Below the pieces are notes generated by a model. That model saw only the letters and a program-made list of their open reading frames with translations, had not been told where the DNA came from and searched no databases. From NCBI GenBank assembly GCA_964188305.1, contig OZ076888.1: 64,000 nucleotides of DNA; one strand, written 5' to 3'. Made by a program: the position numbers and the translations under genes. The number at the start of each line of letters is the position of its first letter. Position 1 is the stretch's first letter. Positions 23,787-37,300 of the stretch are shown here, piece by piece. The stretch comes from Podarcis bocagei (lineage: Eukaryota).

Positions 23787-25219
23787 TAGACCTTTTTCTA
23801 TATATCCATGGAAGATGCAACAGAGGACAGAACTCCCCTACTGTGAAAGGTATAGGAGTTCTGTCTTCTGCTTCAACTGTTCATCCACTTACTAAAGCAA
23901 AGGGAACCAGAATAAGGTTCCAATAGGGTTATTGTTGTTGTGGTTTTCAACTGAGTATTGGTCATTGGCCCATGCTTCTACAACTGTACACAGGCTTCCC
24001 TTTCTGACCTTCACCAGATGGCACAGAAGTCGGGGGGTAATGAATCCAAGAGCTGAAACAAGGATGGACAAGTTTTTCCCCACCTATGTGTATGGAATGA
24101 ATGTCTTGAAGGATGTGTAAGAAATATATTGCCCCCAAGAGAGAAGATATTGAGTAAGGTTAATGTTAACATAAGTTAATGTACACTGGGTGAGGTTAAT
24201 ATTAAAGTAACATTGAATTAACATTATTGAGTAGGGTTAGCATTAAATAAATTTTGGAAATGCTTCTGCAGATCAGATGGCTTTGTAACCCATGTATTTG
24301 CACAGCAATCAACAAGCATTTCAGCAAGAGGAAGGGATTCGTATTATAGATTCCCCCCCCAATATACATATACAAAGCAGATGGCGCTGAGTCTACAGGA
24401 TTGTTGTGGGGATTAAAATAGGAATCATGTATGCCGCCTTGAGCTCTTCGGGAAAAAGTTGGTATAATAGCAATAAATAAATAAAAGAGTAAACATTGAA
24501 CACTCATTTCACATACTAAGCCAGAGAAGAACCTTTGTGGAAATGCCACTCTATGTATAATACCACTTATGCATTAGAAATGGAACAATTCATGAGGTAA
24601 TTCTGAACATTAGTGGCATTGGCCTCAAACAAGAAATTCATTTATATCTTACATATGTCAGGAACAAAAATGGCTGTATTCAGTATGTAGCATTCAGCCT
24701 TCAGGCCCCCAGACTTTAAAAAAAGATAAAACAGGTATCTAACAGAGTTTTGGTACTGGATCAGAGGCTGTTATGAAGCTGAACAGCATAAGTGGCTTCC
24801 CCCCTCCCCCTGAATTTTTGCAACAGGATATGGAGAAAATTTAAATTAACCGTGTATAGTGTGTATAAAAGGTAATGGTGTGGCATTTGCACACAAATTG
24901 TATTGCAAGGCTGTCATTGCAAAGGTGGAAATTTTAAAATTCCTTACTTGTTTGTTTTTAAATGCATTCAATACCAAGTAGGGTAAAATTCAAGGCCGTC
25001 TAATAAGGGCTAAAGATGGAAATTGTTCATTTGAAATTGTCATATATTTTAACGTAAATGTGTGAAACCCTCACCCACATATCTTAACAAGGAATTTCTT
25101 TGCATCACACATTCATTCCCAGAAGTCTCCTTGCTCTTTTAGACTTTTAATTTGAACCTTTGCATTTTCTCTCTTTACACATACACAGTCTCACACACAC
25201 ACAAATGTATATACCCAAC

Positions 25220-25316
25220 AACTGAAGTTATGCATCTGATAATGTGGGCTCACATCCCCAGGGCTACAATTCAATTTGTTAGTCTAGAAGGTACCACGAG
25301 ATTCTTTGTTGCATTT
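25220..25316 (+). mobile_element. Degenerate Penelope-like pLTR remnant
   Basis: atgcatctgataatgtgggct...tttgttagtctagaaggtaccacgagattctttgttg resembles the 3406 element. Confidence 0.45.
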
Positions 25317-27254
25317 ACTCAATACTTAGTATTTTTAGGATTCCTTTCATTGGTTTAATTTGCCAACATTACAGTGTGTTTTCTTTTACAACTGTTCACA
25401 ATCTGTACTTGATTTGCAATTTTCTTCCAATTTGTTTCTCCTATTGCCAAAACTCCCTAAGCCTGCCTCCTTACCTTTCAACCCTTTCTGGGATGCCAAC
25501 GTGAACAGTAATCCACACTGAAGTGAAAGAAAATATTTATTTTCAAGTTGTCAAGGGTTCCGTTCTGAAACCATTCTGATTGTATAACAGTGTACTTTGC
25601 ATTTTCCTCTTAAGAATTCTTATTGAAACTGACATTTGCATGAAAAGAGCTTTGTATTGTAGACAGCTGATGAAGCCATGGGGAAATAGTTGAGGGGAAA
25701 TGCTATTTGGAGACAATGCGCTGATCTGGCGCATGTGTGCACGCACATATTCTGGTCCCAGCGCTGGCCCACATGGCAAGTTGAGCTGACCACCTCAAGT
25801 CACAGAATCCACAGAGGCAACAAATCCTGCCTCCAAAGAATGCATCGCCCACTATTGCTGCCCCAACTGTGGTGGCAGCAACAGCAGATGCATAGTCTGC
25901 TGTTTCCTTGGCAGCCCCCCTCCCAGTGCCACCCCTTGGCAAATAGGAGGTGCTGCTGGCCTCCTCCACCCCTTTTCCTGATGTAGAGCTTCACTCACCC
26001 GTTCTTCCCTGGTGAGGGGGTTCATCTCAGCTGCTGATATCCTGGGCCAGCCCTGTCTGGTCCCTCTTTTACTCTTATAGGTAAAGCTATTTTCACCCTA
26101 GCAGGATGCTTGCAATCACATAATTCTATGGCAATTCTCTATTATACAGTGGATCTTCTGCTTTTTTACTTGGCCATCCATCTTCTCTTAATTGAATTAA
26201 ATTACAGTTGCAGTACACAGTACAAGCAACTAAACTAATACAATAAGCAATTACAAACCTAGTGTGGCTCAATATCTACATATTCAGCAACCTGGAATCC
26301 TTGCTTTGCACACTCTGATTTCAGTGACTACAGAGATCCACTTCTAACATTAGATTTAATGGCATCAGAGTGCTCCCGCAAGTCACTCCTGTCTCAGCAA
26401 ATGACAGGTGGGAATGATTAATATACACTGCTTTGGTTAATTTCCCCTTTAGGAAACCTATTCTAAATTTAACCAATACTGACAACAAATGGAGTTGCTC
26501 TCCTCTTTAAAAATGCTGACTTAATTTTTGTCAGCTGTGGCAAATAGCATTATGTCTCAGGGCAATTGCCTCTTCTCTTTAAAAATTATCTCCATGTGCA
26601 ATTCTGCATATAGCAGGTTCTTTAATTATTTATTGTTCATTTTTGACATTCCTGACTTATTACAGAAAGCTAGCTGCTCTGCCTATTGGCCATTCTCATA
26701 TATTGTTGTCGCCACATTACAAACAAGAGATTTGATTGCCATCTCTTACCCACAACACCGATCATTGCCTGTTAAATCTCAAGTTAAAATCTGGTTTCCA
26801 GGGAGTTACAGTTTCACTGCCTTCTCTCCATGGTCTGTCATCTACTTCCCTTCACTGGTTGTGCTTCATATCTGGACATGTAATCTCCACTGTGGGGCTA
26901 AGACAATGAGTGAGAAGGATCCAGAGGAGTTCATACTACCTTATATTCCTCTTCAGCTGGTGATACAGGCACTGCACACACAACTCCTCCACCCCTGGAG
27001 CTCACACATTCACTCTGATGAACGGTGCGATTTTCCTGGTTGCTCTTGCATCAAACTGTTGACACATTCCCTGGCCAAACCATGGATGGTCCTATTTTGC
27101 TAACACTGCTTGTAGCCACTGGGGACAGGGCCGACAGGTGTGGTGTGTCCCCCACCCCATGTATTCACCCAATAGAGATCCATTAACTGAGAAACATTTT
27201 TATCCCTGTTCCCTGGTCATGATGTGTGTGTGTGTGTGTGTGTGTAAGCCCAGA

Positions 27255-28090
27255 GGTCATAAAATCATTGGGATGGAGGGGTCTTCTGGGCCCTGATTGA
27301 CCCAGGAAAGTCAATTAGATCATCCCCAACAGATATCTGACCTGACTCTGCTTGAAGACCTCCACTGAAGAGGAACTCACAACTCCTTTAGATAACAAGT
27401 GTCACTGACAAACTCCTCTTACTATGAAGATAATTTTCCTCAGGTTTAACAAAAAAAAGTGACTTAATTCCATTAGGTCATCAGGGAACAAGTCTTTGTC
27501 CTTTTTGATAGGACTGCCATTTAGGTATTTGTAGGGTGCTATCATATTTCAGCTCCCCCCCTTACTTTTCTTTTCCAACCTAAACAAACACATTTCTTTC
27601 AACCTTCTGCTATGGTCTATGTACTAACTCAATCAATGCTATTCTGATTCTGATTCTTTCATAGGACTTGTTTTCTGTACCACTGAACATAGTTTTCATA
27701 CAGCTGTTTTTTATATCATTGCCCTCCTCTGAACCCAATCTGAGTTGTCCTCAAACTTAGAGTGACATCCGGAATTGGACACAGTACTCCAGATGGAGTC
27801 TGATTAGTGCAGAATAGAAACAGAACTATTATTTCCCAGATCATGGAAATTATGGCTCTGTTAATGCAGCCTAAAATCATTCTGTGCTTTTCATGCAGCC
27901 ATATTACAGAACTGTAGAGTTGGATAGGTTATCTGGTTCAAACTCCTGCAATGCAGGAATCATCAGCTTCTGGTCAAATGCAATCTCAATGTACTTTTCA
28001 GGTGTTTTGCTGGCAAACCAGGTTCTCCCAATCTAAAACTGTGCATTTGCCCTCCTCCTCAAATGCAGAAGCTTACATTTGGCTCTCTTG
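27255..28090 (-). mobile_element. Old CR1 3' portion
   Basis: CR1-type tail (tcataaaatcattgggatggagggg) and the diagnostic block aattggacacagtactccagatggagtctga. Confidence 0.65.
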
Positions 28091-29445
28091 AATGTAAGCG
28101 CCGTATAACCAATGGATGAAAGTTCTGAATGTTTTGCATGTGTGCAGATAATGCTTTTGTGAACAAGGTGGTGAATGAAATGAATGAACACAAACCTTAA
28201 ATACCAGAAAAATCGCAAATATAGCATCCTTCAAAGTTAAACACAGACGGCTGGGCACAGTAATGCACTATTAAAATCAAAATGTTAAAGGCAATTCAAA
28301 GGAGAGAGATATTTTATTATTTCAAATGCCAAGGTGTTCTAAGAATTGCAAACACAAATGGTGTTCTCTTAACCATATATTAACCTTTTCACTGCCTTTG
28401 GATTCAAGGTTGTTTCGTGTGTGTGTGTGTCTTTTTTCAGCCTCCAACCTCACCTGGTACACAATACACCATCCCTGCTATTGTTGTGCCTCACAAACGC
28501 TAGGAGCATGCATTGATACTTGATAGTAGGTATTAAAAATGTCTTTACCATGTGCAAGACCTTAATATCCCCCTCTTAACTCTATCTTGCAAAAGCCATT
28601 TTCAAACCAGGCCTGCCTTCAAAAGAGAAAGGAATAGAAGTCTCGGTCCATATGAAACAATTTTGTAGCCATTGTAACTTATGAAACACATTCTGATGGA
28701 GTAAATAGCAGCATCCTTTTCAATTTACTAACAAGTCAGGACAATACAGGTAACTGCTATATCCTGTTATTCTTCTAATAGGAATGATGGGAGTGAATGA
28801 GCCATTCTAGTGTTGCTGTGCTTACAAAAAAAAATAAGAAACCATGATTCACCAGTACTAAATATTCACTGAAAGACTATATGATGGTAAACATGAGTCT
28901 TGAGTCAGGAATGTGTTTTATGGTTTCAAATTATAAACCTCTCCTGTCACAGATGAAATTACCGCTCTTGTTAGGTGATTTGGAACATTCTAAAGATTTG
29001 CTTGCACTGCTCTTAGTATACCAGCATTGCTTCCTCTTTGTGGCATAGAGGCAAGTTTGGATTTAAGCTGGATGTTTTCTTCCATTACAGCACAACTTCT
29101 CTGTTGGCTCCTTCTAGGATGAGAAGAAAACAACTCATTTACAGCTTCACTTAAATACTACCAACGACCAAGTAAGTTTCAAAAGAACGGCACTTTGCAA
29201 CTCTTCTCTCCAGTTTACATGGATCCTCCATTTTTTGAAATTTTGTTCTCAAATCTTTTCATTATTTCAGAATAAATTGGTTGTCTATGCTAAAATGTTA
29301 CAGGGTGGACCAGTGTATAGATTCTATGGGAAATGCTGGCAAGTTTCCAGTTTGTTTATTCCTTCTGTTGTCTATAGAACATGCTATTTAGCAAGTTCCT
29401 TTGCATATATCTCTATATTTCCACTTAAAAGATCGCTTCATTATA

Positions 29446-29658
29446 CAGTGGTACCTCGGGTTACAGACGCTTCAGATTACAGACTCCACTAACCCAGAAA
29501 TAGTGCCTCGGGTTAAGAACTTTACTTCAGAATGAGAACAGAAATCATAGCTGCAGCAGGAGGCCCCATTAGCTAAAGTGATACCTCAGGTTAAGAACAG
29601 TTTCAGGTTAAGAACGGACCTCCGGAACAAATTAAGTTATTAACCCGAGGTACCACTG
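29446..29658. mobile_element. Tigger/pogo-like MITE
   Basis: TIRs CAGTGGTACCTCGGGTTA / TAACCCGAGGTACCACTG with TA TSD and internal ggttaagaac repeats. Confidence 0.85.
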
Positions 29659-31487
29659 TATACCCAATGGATCACTGCATTCTGTAGGAAAGAACCTCCT
29701 ACAGATACCATCTTCTTAGGAGGTCTGTTCCCTATGATATAGGAATAGGGCATTTAGTATGATGGTGTCCACCTTCTGGAATCCCCTCCAATTACATATT
29801 TGGCAGGTGCCATCTCCTTTGTCTTTTTGGTGCCTACTGAACTTCCTCTTTCAAGAAGATAATAAAACTACCAGTCTCATATGCATCTATACAAATCTAT
29901 GGTGCAAACACGCTGGAAATACTAGGAGGAATTCAACATCACACTAACACAAATGTTCCTTCAGCTTGTTTGTTGGAATGATCTCCTTTCTCCTCATCCC
30001 ATGTGCTGTTCTGGGGGGGTTCCCTTGGCCCACTGACAGTGGGGAAAGTGCAGTGGGGCAAGTCTCATTGCACTAGTGGCACCTGTTGCCCTCTGCAAAA
30101 TCAGAGCTTTTGAAAATTGCTGATTATATGTTGCTTGCAACAATATTGGCTCTCTAGATCAACACAATACAGGGTTTTTCATGTGTAACGATGGGATGCT
30201 CATCACTCAGTATTTTGTGTTCTGTTTATTTAATTCAAGAGACATCAGCTTTGGGAGCTATGTGTTGGATCAAACAAGGCCCAGTTTGTGATATACTGTA
30301 TGTGCTGTAGAGCTGAATGCTAAACAGGGACGCAGTTCTTGCTTCCTTGACTGCTTTTAGAAGTCACAGCTTCTGCACAAATTTTCCCTTCATAATGTTT
30401 ATTATATACACATCTATTTTGTACTTACAATCTTTACTCGAGTGCTAACCCAAGTTCAGCACGTGTCCTGAAATAATCCCATTTTGCTTTCTGGTGATAA
30501 TGCATTAATGGGGGCAGGGCAATTTGGATTCAAAAAATATATATAATACCTGTCACTCTACATAAATAATAGTATTTAAACTTTACCATTTCAGTTGCTT
30601 GCTCCATATGAGGAAGGGGGGGATTCATAGCTCAGATGGTTGCTTTATACGCAGCCTAAAATCTAAACACATTAAAGTTTATTGCTGATCTGTGGTCACA
30701 GATGTTTATTTGCAATGAAGATTTATGCCCTAGAGAGAGAAATAATGACAAATGCATTTTTAAAACCGTCTGATGCAATAAAGACAAAGGAAACCCCTCA
30801 AAACAGAATACACTGGGCAATTGTGATATAATTGCAATTTGGACATACAGCAGACGGGAGGCAAGTAGGTTCATAGGAAGCCCTTGTTAGTTTTGAAGCA
30901 TTATCATTCTTCAAATACAACAGTATCTTCCCAGGCCCCCAAGACAGCTTCAGCTAGCCAGCTCCAAAAATGTAAAAATGCTTTGTCTTTAGACCCCAAA
31001 CAAAATTTTATTATTATATTACTTGCTGATATTATGAGAGTTAATTTTATTGTGTACTATTATATTCTAATGGATTGTTGAATATTACATTATTTGATAT
31101 AAGTTGTTTATTTTAACTCATATTTTTAATATGACTTATTTGTATTGGATCATATTGTTATAAGATGTGTGGTCTCTGTTGTGTATTTTGTTGTTTCTTA
31201 AGCTTGTAAACTGTCTTGTGTATAGCAATACGGAAAGGCAGTACACTTAAGTGGGGGTTATATTCTGGGCCCCTGTGCGCATAAGTGGGGAGCACCCTCT
31301 ACAAAGCCTCTAAACGACCATTTTTCCTGATTCCCAGCTCTCGCACTCTCACTCTCTCTCCACACAACTCTCTCTTCAACTAGATTTGAAGCTCTGGGGC
31401 TGCCTGGAGGACACACGGGAAAGTGGCTGCTGCTGCTGCGCTCTCCCACATGTCAGCTGCTAGGCAGGAAGGCTGACCAGCCTAAAC

Positions 31488-34235
31488 CTGGCATGTGTAA
31501 CAGAGACTTGGTTGGATGAAGCAGATGGGCCTGTCCTTGCCGCTGCTTGTCCACCAGGTTTCTCTTACGCACAGCAACCCAGGTCACGTGGGCGGGGAGG
31601 GGGGGTTGCAGTGATTTTTAGGAAGTCATTAGTTTGCACCAGGCGTCCTATTGGGAAGACCCAGTTTTCTGAGTGCATGTTCTGGAAGCTGGGCAATAGG
31701 GGCAGTACAGGATTCCTTTTGGTGTACCGACCTCCCCGCTGCACCAAGGATTCCCTGCCCGAGCTGCTTCAGGTCGTGGCGGATGTTCTCCTGGAGACAC
31801 CTAGCCTGGTCGTCCTAGGGGATTTTAACATCCATGCCGACACGACCTTACAAGGGGCCGCTCGGGACTTCGTGGAAAGCATGGCCTCCATGGGGCTGTC
31901 CCTGAATAAGTCTGGCCCAACCCATAGCCGTGGACATGCCTTGGACCTGGTGTTTACCTCTATGGATGTTGGTGATCTGACACTAAGTAAAAGCGAAATG
32001 AAAGAAGTGCCATGGTCAGATCACTTCCTGGTGCAACTGGACTTCTCTGCGACCCATCCCCTCTGCAGGGAGGTGGGACCAATTCGGATGGTCCGCCCCC
32101 GCCACTTAATGGATCCAAATGGTTTCCAGAGAGTGGTAGGGGATGCTTTATCCCATGTTGATGGCCTTTCAGCCGATTCCCTGGTGGCCCGCTGGAATGT
32201 GGAGTTAACCAGGGCTATTGACTGTTTGGCTCCGAAGCGCCCTCTCCGATTGCATGGAGCCCGGACAGCCCCATGGTTTTCCACGGATCTGAGGGCAATG
32301 AAACAATCGTTGAGACGGCTAGAGCGCCGGTGGCGGATAACTCATTCCGAATCTGACCGGACACAGGTTAGAGCTCAACGTCGAGCCTACCAAGTGGCGA
32401 TAGCGACGGCGAAGAAGAATTTCTTCACCGCCTCTATTGCATCTGCAGAAAACAGCAGCAGGAGACTTTTTCAGGTGGTTCACAATTTAGCGGAACCACC
32501 TGCAACATCGGGGCCCAGTACGGGCCACATGTTCTCCTGCAATGATTTTGCAAAGTTTTTTGCAGATAAAATCGCCCAGATTCGGGAAGAAGTAGACTCC
32601 ACCGTGGGAGCAGGGCCGGGGCGGGAGAGTGCTAGAGTTCTGTCTAGTCAAGCTGAGTGGGATCAATTTCAATCTGTTACCTCCGAGGATGTGGACAGGC
32701 TGCTTGGACGAGTGAAACCAACCACCTGTCTCCTGGATCCTTGCCCATCCTGGCTTATAAAAGCTAGCCGGGAAGGACTGGGCGATGGGCTTCGTGGGGT
32801 GGTGAATGCTTCCCTCCGTGAGGGAGCCTTCCCAGACCCGCTGAAAGAGGCGGTTATTAAACCGCTTCTTAAAAAACCATCTTTAGATGCGGCCACGATG
32901 GCCAACTATCGCCCAGTCTCAAATCTTCCATTCCTGGGCAAGGTGATTGAGCGAGTGGTTGCTGAACAACTCCAGGCACGCCTGGAAGAAGCGGACCATT
33001 TGGATCCCTTCCAATCGGGATTCAGGCCTCATCATGGGACTGAAACTGCCTTGGTCGCACTGGTTGATGATCTCCGGCGGGCTAGGGACAAGGGTGAGAG
33101 CTGTTTCCTAGTTCTGCTGGATCTCTCAGCGGCGTTTGATACCATCGACCATAGCATCCTTCTGGACCGTCTTGAGGGGCTGGGAGCTGGGGGCACTGTT
33201 ATACAGTGGTTCCGCTCCTTCCTCCTGGGCCGTGTTCAGAAAGTGGTGGTGGGGGATGAGTGTTCAGACCCTTGGGCCCTCACTTGTGGGGTGCCTCAGG
33301 GTTCTGTCCTCTCCCCCATGCTTTTTAACATCTATATGAAGCCGCTGGGAGAGATCATCAGGAGGTTTGGGCTGGGTGTTCATCAGTATGCGGATGACAC
33401 CCAGCTCTACCTCTCTTTTAAATCAGAACCAGTGAAGGCGGTGAAGGTCCTGTGTGAGTGTCTGGAGGCGGTTGGAGGATGGATGGCGGCTAACAGATTG
33501 AGGTTGAATCCTGACAAGACAGAAGTACTGTTTTTGGGGGACAGGAGGCGGGCAGGTGTGGAGGATTCCCTGGTCCTGAATGGGGTAACTGTGCCCCTGA
33601 AGGACCAGGTGCGCAGCCTGGGAGTCATTTTGGACTCACAGCTGTCCATGGAGGCACAGGTCAAATCTGTGTCCAGGGCAGCTGTTTACCAGCTCCATCT
33701 GGTACGTAGGCTGAGACCCTATCTGCCTGCGGACTGTCTCGCCAGAGTGGTGCATGCTCTGGTTATCTCCCGCTTGGACTACTGCAATGCGCTCTACGTG
33801 GGGCTACCTTTGAAGGTGACGCGGAAACTACAACTAATCCAGAATGCGGCAGCTAGACTGGTGACTGGGAGCGGCCGCCGAGACCATATAACACCGGTCT
33901 TGAAAGACCTGCATTGGCTCCCAGTACGTTTCCGAGCACAATTCAAAGTGTTGGTGCTGACCTTTAAAGCCCTAAACGGCCTCGGTCCAGTATACCTGAA
34001 GGAGCGTCTCCACCCCCATCAGTCTGCCCGGACGCTGAAGTCCAGCGCCGAGGGCCTTCTGGCGGTTCCCTCACTGCGAGAAGCAAAGCTACAGGGAACC
34101 AGGCAGAGGGCCTTCTCGGTAGTGGCGCCCGCCCTGTGGAACGCCCTTCCAGCAGATGTCAAAGCGATAAACAACTATCTGACATTCAGGAGACATCTTA
34201 AGGCAGCCCTGTTCAGGGAAGTTTTTAACGTGTGA
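31488..34235 (+). CDS. L2 ORF2 (APE endonuclease + reverse transcriptase), uninterrupted but lacking its N-terminus
   Basis: EN motifs ETW, YRPP, GDFN, LDLVF and SDH. RT motifs NYRPVSNLPFLGK, QSGFR, LDLSAAFDTIDH, GVPQGSVLSP and YADD. Confidence 0.88.
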   Translation: MACVTETWLDEADGPVLAAACPPGFSYAQQPRSRGRGGGVAVIFRKSLVCTRRPIGKTQFSECMFWKLGNRGSTGFLLVYRPPRCTKDSLPELLQVVADVLLETPSLVVLGDFNIHADTTLQGAARDFVESMASMGLSLNKSGPTHSRGHALDLVFTSMDVGDLTLSKSEMKEVPWSDHFLVQLDFSATHPLCREVGPIRMVRPRHLMDPNGFQRVVGDALSHVDGLSADSLVARWNVELTRAIDCLAPKRPLRLHGARTAPWFSTDLRAMKQSLRRLERRWRITHSESDRTQVRAQRRAYQVAIATAKKNFFTASIASAENSSRRLFQVVHNLAEPPATSGPSTGHMFSCNDFAKFFADKIAQIREEVDSTVGAGPGRESARVLSSQAEWDQFQSVTSEDVDRLLGRVKPTTCLLDPCPSWLIKASREGLGDGLRGVVNASLREGAFPDPLKEAVIKPLLKKPSLDAATMANYRPVSNLPFLGKVIERVVAEQLQARLEEADHLDPFQSGFRPHHGTETALVALVDDLRRARDKGESCFLVLLDLSAAFDTIDHSILLDRLEGLGAGGTVIQWFRSFLLGRVQKVVVGDECSDPWALTCGVPQGSVLSPMLFNIYMKPLGEIIRRFGLGVHQYADDTQLYLSFKSEPVKAVKVLCECLEAVGGWMAANRLRLNPDKTEVLFLGDRRRAGVEDSLVLNGVTVPLKDQVRSLGVILDSQLSMEAQVKSVSRAAVYQLHLVRRLRPYLPADCLARVVHALVISRLDYCNALYVGLPLKVTRKLQLIQNAAARLVTGSGRRDHITPVLKDLHWLPVRFRAQFKVLVLTFKALNGLGPVYLKERLHPHQSARTLKSSAEGLLAVPSLREAKLQGTRQRAFSVVAPALWNALPADVKAINNYLTFRRHLKAALFREVFNV

Positions 34236-34342
34236 CATTTTACTGTATTTTTGGTTTTTATGGAAGCCGCCCAGAGTGGCTGGGGAGGCCCAGCCAGATG
34301 GGCGGGGTATAAATAATAAATTATTATTATTATTATTATTAT
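31488..34342 (+). mobile_element. Young L2 LINE, slightly 5'-truncated within the endonuclease
   Basis: Starts at LACVTETW. 3' stem-loop CCGCCCA..TGGCTGGG-GAGG-CCCAGCCA..TGGGCGG and (TTA)n tail. Possible 5-bp TSD TAAAC at 31483-31487 and 34343-34347. Confidence 0.92.
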
Positions 34343-37300
34343 TAAACAAAGCCATGCTGTACCTCTAGTCGCTTTGCGGCTTCCTCCGCCCTCACTGAAG
34401 TCCTCTTAGGGTTCCGGGGAAGTTCTCCTCATGAGCCACAAGGACTCTCCAGCTTTCTCCCACCATTTCCTGGTTGGAATCTGTTTACTTATTTATTTCC
34501 TGGTGCCACGCATATACAAGGTCAAGCAGGAGTATGTCACGTGTAAGTGGGTTGCCTGTAAACGGCCAAAAGTGGAATGAAATTTTAAAAATGGATGAAG
34601 GTAATTCTGGCTTTTGACACTTGAGGTGTATAGTTTTAGGACCCACCTCATCTTGTGATTATAAGTTTTAAATTGTTTTAAATTTTGTGTTGCCATGTCC
34701 TAGGACATTGAAGAGTGGGTTAATAACAATAACAACAGCCACGTCTGTATTGTTTTAACAATTTACAAGTGTGGGAGGAAAGAGAGGTATTAAGAAAATG
34801 CAATATTTGTTTATCATAAGGCTTTTACAGTATCAACCTAATGAGCTAATATACTTATTTATTATAACAATAAACACAGCTGTAAACGGACCATAAAAAT
34901 AATAAATGATTTGCATATTTCTATACCCAACATGTCAGCTGTAATTGGAAAATAAATTAAATGATTCATCTGCTTGCTATCATCTACTCTATTTGTCTTC
35001 CTATCCGCAACATTTAAATACAGTCAGCATTATTCATACTAATTACTAACTAGCACAAAAACAAAATTTCCATGAAGAAATGGATTGGTCTGGTAATATA
35101 ATTTCTTTTCTTCCACCCCCAGTTATGCACTTACTTACTTTCTTTGCATTCAGTTCTAATGAGCATGATGAAGTTGCTTTTCTAATTAATAGTGTTCACT
35201 TTATCACACCAGTGCTATTGAGTTTTCTCTTTATTAGTGACTTTCAATGATGGGTCATATAAGAGGCTGAAAGGCATCCAATTCAGTCACTACTGGCAAT
35301 TCTATACCATCTGGATTCAGCATATAGAGCCATGAATGTTATGGTGCTGTTGTGAAGTAGCATATTGCCGGATGCTACACAGCACACATCTGGACTTGAA
35401 GAAATGCCATGAGTCAGAATACAGTGAGAGGACTCCAAAGGTTCACATTCAGATTTTCCAACTGCTGGAGCCATCTCCACATCTGCACACACTTACGACA
35501 AAAATATGGGAACTGACAACACTCTGGTGGACCAACCCATGAAATATGGAATTCTAAACTGGACTCAAGCTTCCATGGATGAGTGCATGACTATGACCTG
35601 TACACAAACAATTCTCTGAAGAAGTTGCCAGTACCTTAACATTCTTGATACAGTACTCTGTTTCAGATGCTGACACAAGTTCTACTGCCATGGTGGGTGG
35701 ATGCATACACTGGTAAATCCAGTGATCTTCTCTGTAACCATATAGAGACTGTTCATGGTTCATGTGAAATATATTTGTAGTATATGCCTGTGGGGGCAAG
35801 ACCACCAGCATCATCTCCTTTCTGTAGATGCTAGGAAATTCAGGCCAATGGAGGATGAGTAACACTGTGGTTAATTTGGTGCTTGGAAGCTGCAGAAGGC
35901 CTCTATAAGTGTGGCTCTGGGGTCTACAATGTGTTGTGGACAATATGTAAGACAACCACTTGCAGAAGAGTCCTTTCTTTAGGATTCATTTCCTGAAGTT
36001 CATTTGTAAGGTAGAGATGAAAACCAAAAAATAGCACGGAAATCAAATTATTTCTGTATATGAAATTATTTGACTGTGTGCAATTTGAATCAGAAATTAT
36101 TTGAACAACGCCTGTTCAAAACCTATACAATATATTGCTGGTAGAAATATTAATCTATTTTTTTGAACTAAGAACCCTTATCTAGAAATTCCCTACACAT
36201 GTAGGAATGACAGTGCATGTGCACATTATGCTCAAGGCTGGGTTTCATTCATTTGCGTGCCAGGGAAAGCTTTGCATGAACTTTTGCCCTTATTCCTGAC
36301 CCAGAAGTCAATAGAAAGCTCCTGCTTGAGGAAAGATCCTGCGTATGTGTTGGAGCTCCCACAGAGATTGCAATCGGGCAGAAACTATTTTTTCATTTTC
36401 TTAATGTAAGCCTTCCAGAGGATTTTTTTAAAAAATAATCTTATTTCAAAACGAGGAAGAAAATGGATTAGTATTCCCCCCTTGAAATAAATATTTATAT
36501 GTTTTCATATAGTTGAAATTAATGTGAGCATTTCTATATAAATATATAAAAGTGTCAATCTTAAATAATCATGTTATGCAATCTGGAGTTCTTGGGGAAG
36601 ACTTTATTTTCTTTAAAACATCCCTGATGCAAACACATTCTTGAATGAAATAAGCCTCCATCTTGAAATATGCTGCTGCTAGCTCTCAAGCTGGAGATCT
36701 TGACACAGAACCCCACCTTTTAATCTATACTGCACTTTCCTAAAAAATAGCTCTACATATTCAAAATAAGTGAGTGTCATGAGGTCAAACACCATATGTA
36801 ATGGTACAGTTTCTTTCTCAATACTTGAACAAGATTATCACTCAGCAATTGCAAGTTCATGTGAGTTCACTTAAGAGCCTTTCTGTTGCTCCTCTATTAA
36901 ATCATGATTTAATTTTATCTGCCGTCTTACTAGAAAACATTTGTGCTCTTTGACACTTTCCCTCTTATCTCCTGCATGCTAAAAAATGTAATAGCCTTTG
37001 TTATAATTTGTACTATCTTTTAAAATTAGTCGTGCTTGTGATTCCCTGCTGGTTGGCTTACTGTTGTCTGAAAAGTGTAGGTTCTTATATATGTTTCCTC
37101 CCTTTGTGTAGAGAACCCGTCTCCACTCCCATTTCAAATGACTGGTAAATCACAATGGCTAGATACACCAGTACTACTGAGAAGTACTGTACTCTGAAAG
37201 GATGGCAACCATAGGGGTTTAGAAGCTGCCAGAGCTGCAACAAATATGGCTTTTTATTCTACACAAGGGATAATTTCATTAATCTATGCAATGTGTGGGA

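Noticed and set aside
24150-24246. Three degenerate copies of TGAGTAAGGTTAAT.TTAA with spacers (CRISPR-like look)
   Set aside because: Eukaryotic DNA, divergent repeats and no cas genes. It is a decayed minisatellite.
26528-27103. 191-aa ORF
   Set aside because: TTG start, no motifs, non-coding-like composition.
35280-35990. Possible ancient DIRS tyrosine-recombinase remnant
   Set aside because: Only vague similarity (THGISSSPDVC) and no catalytic motifs could be identified.
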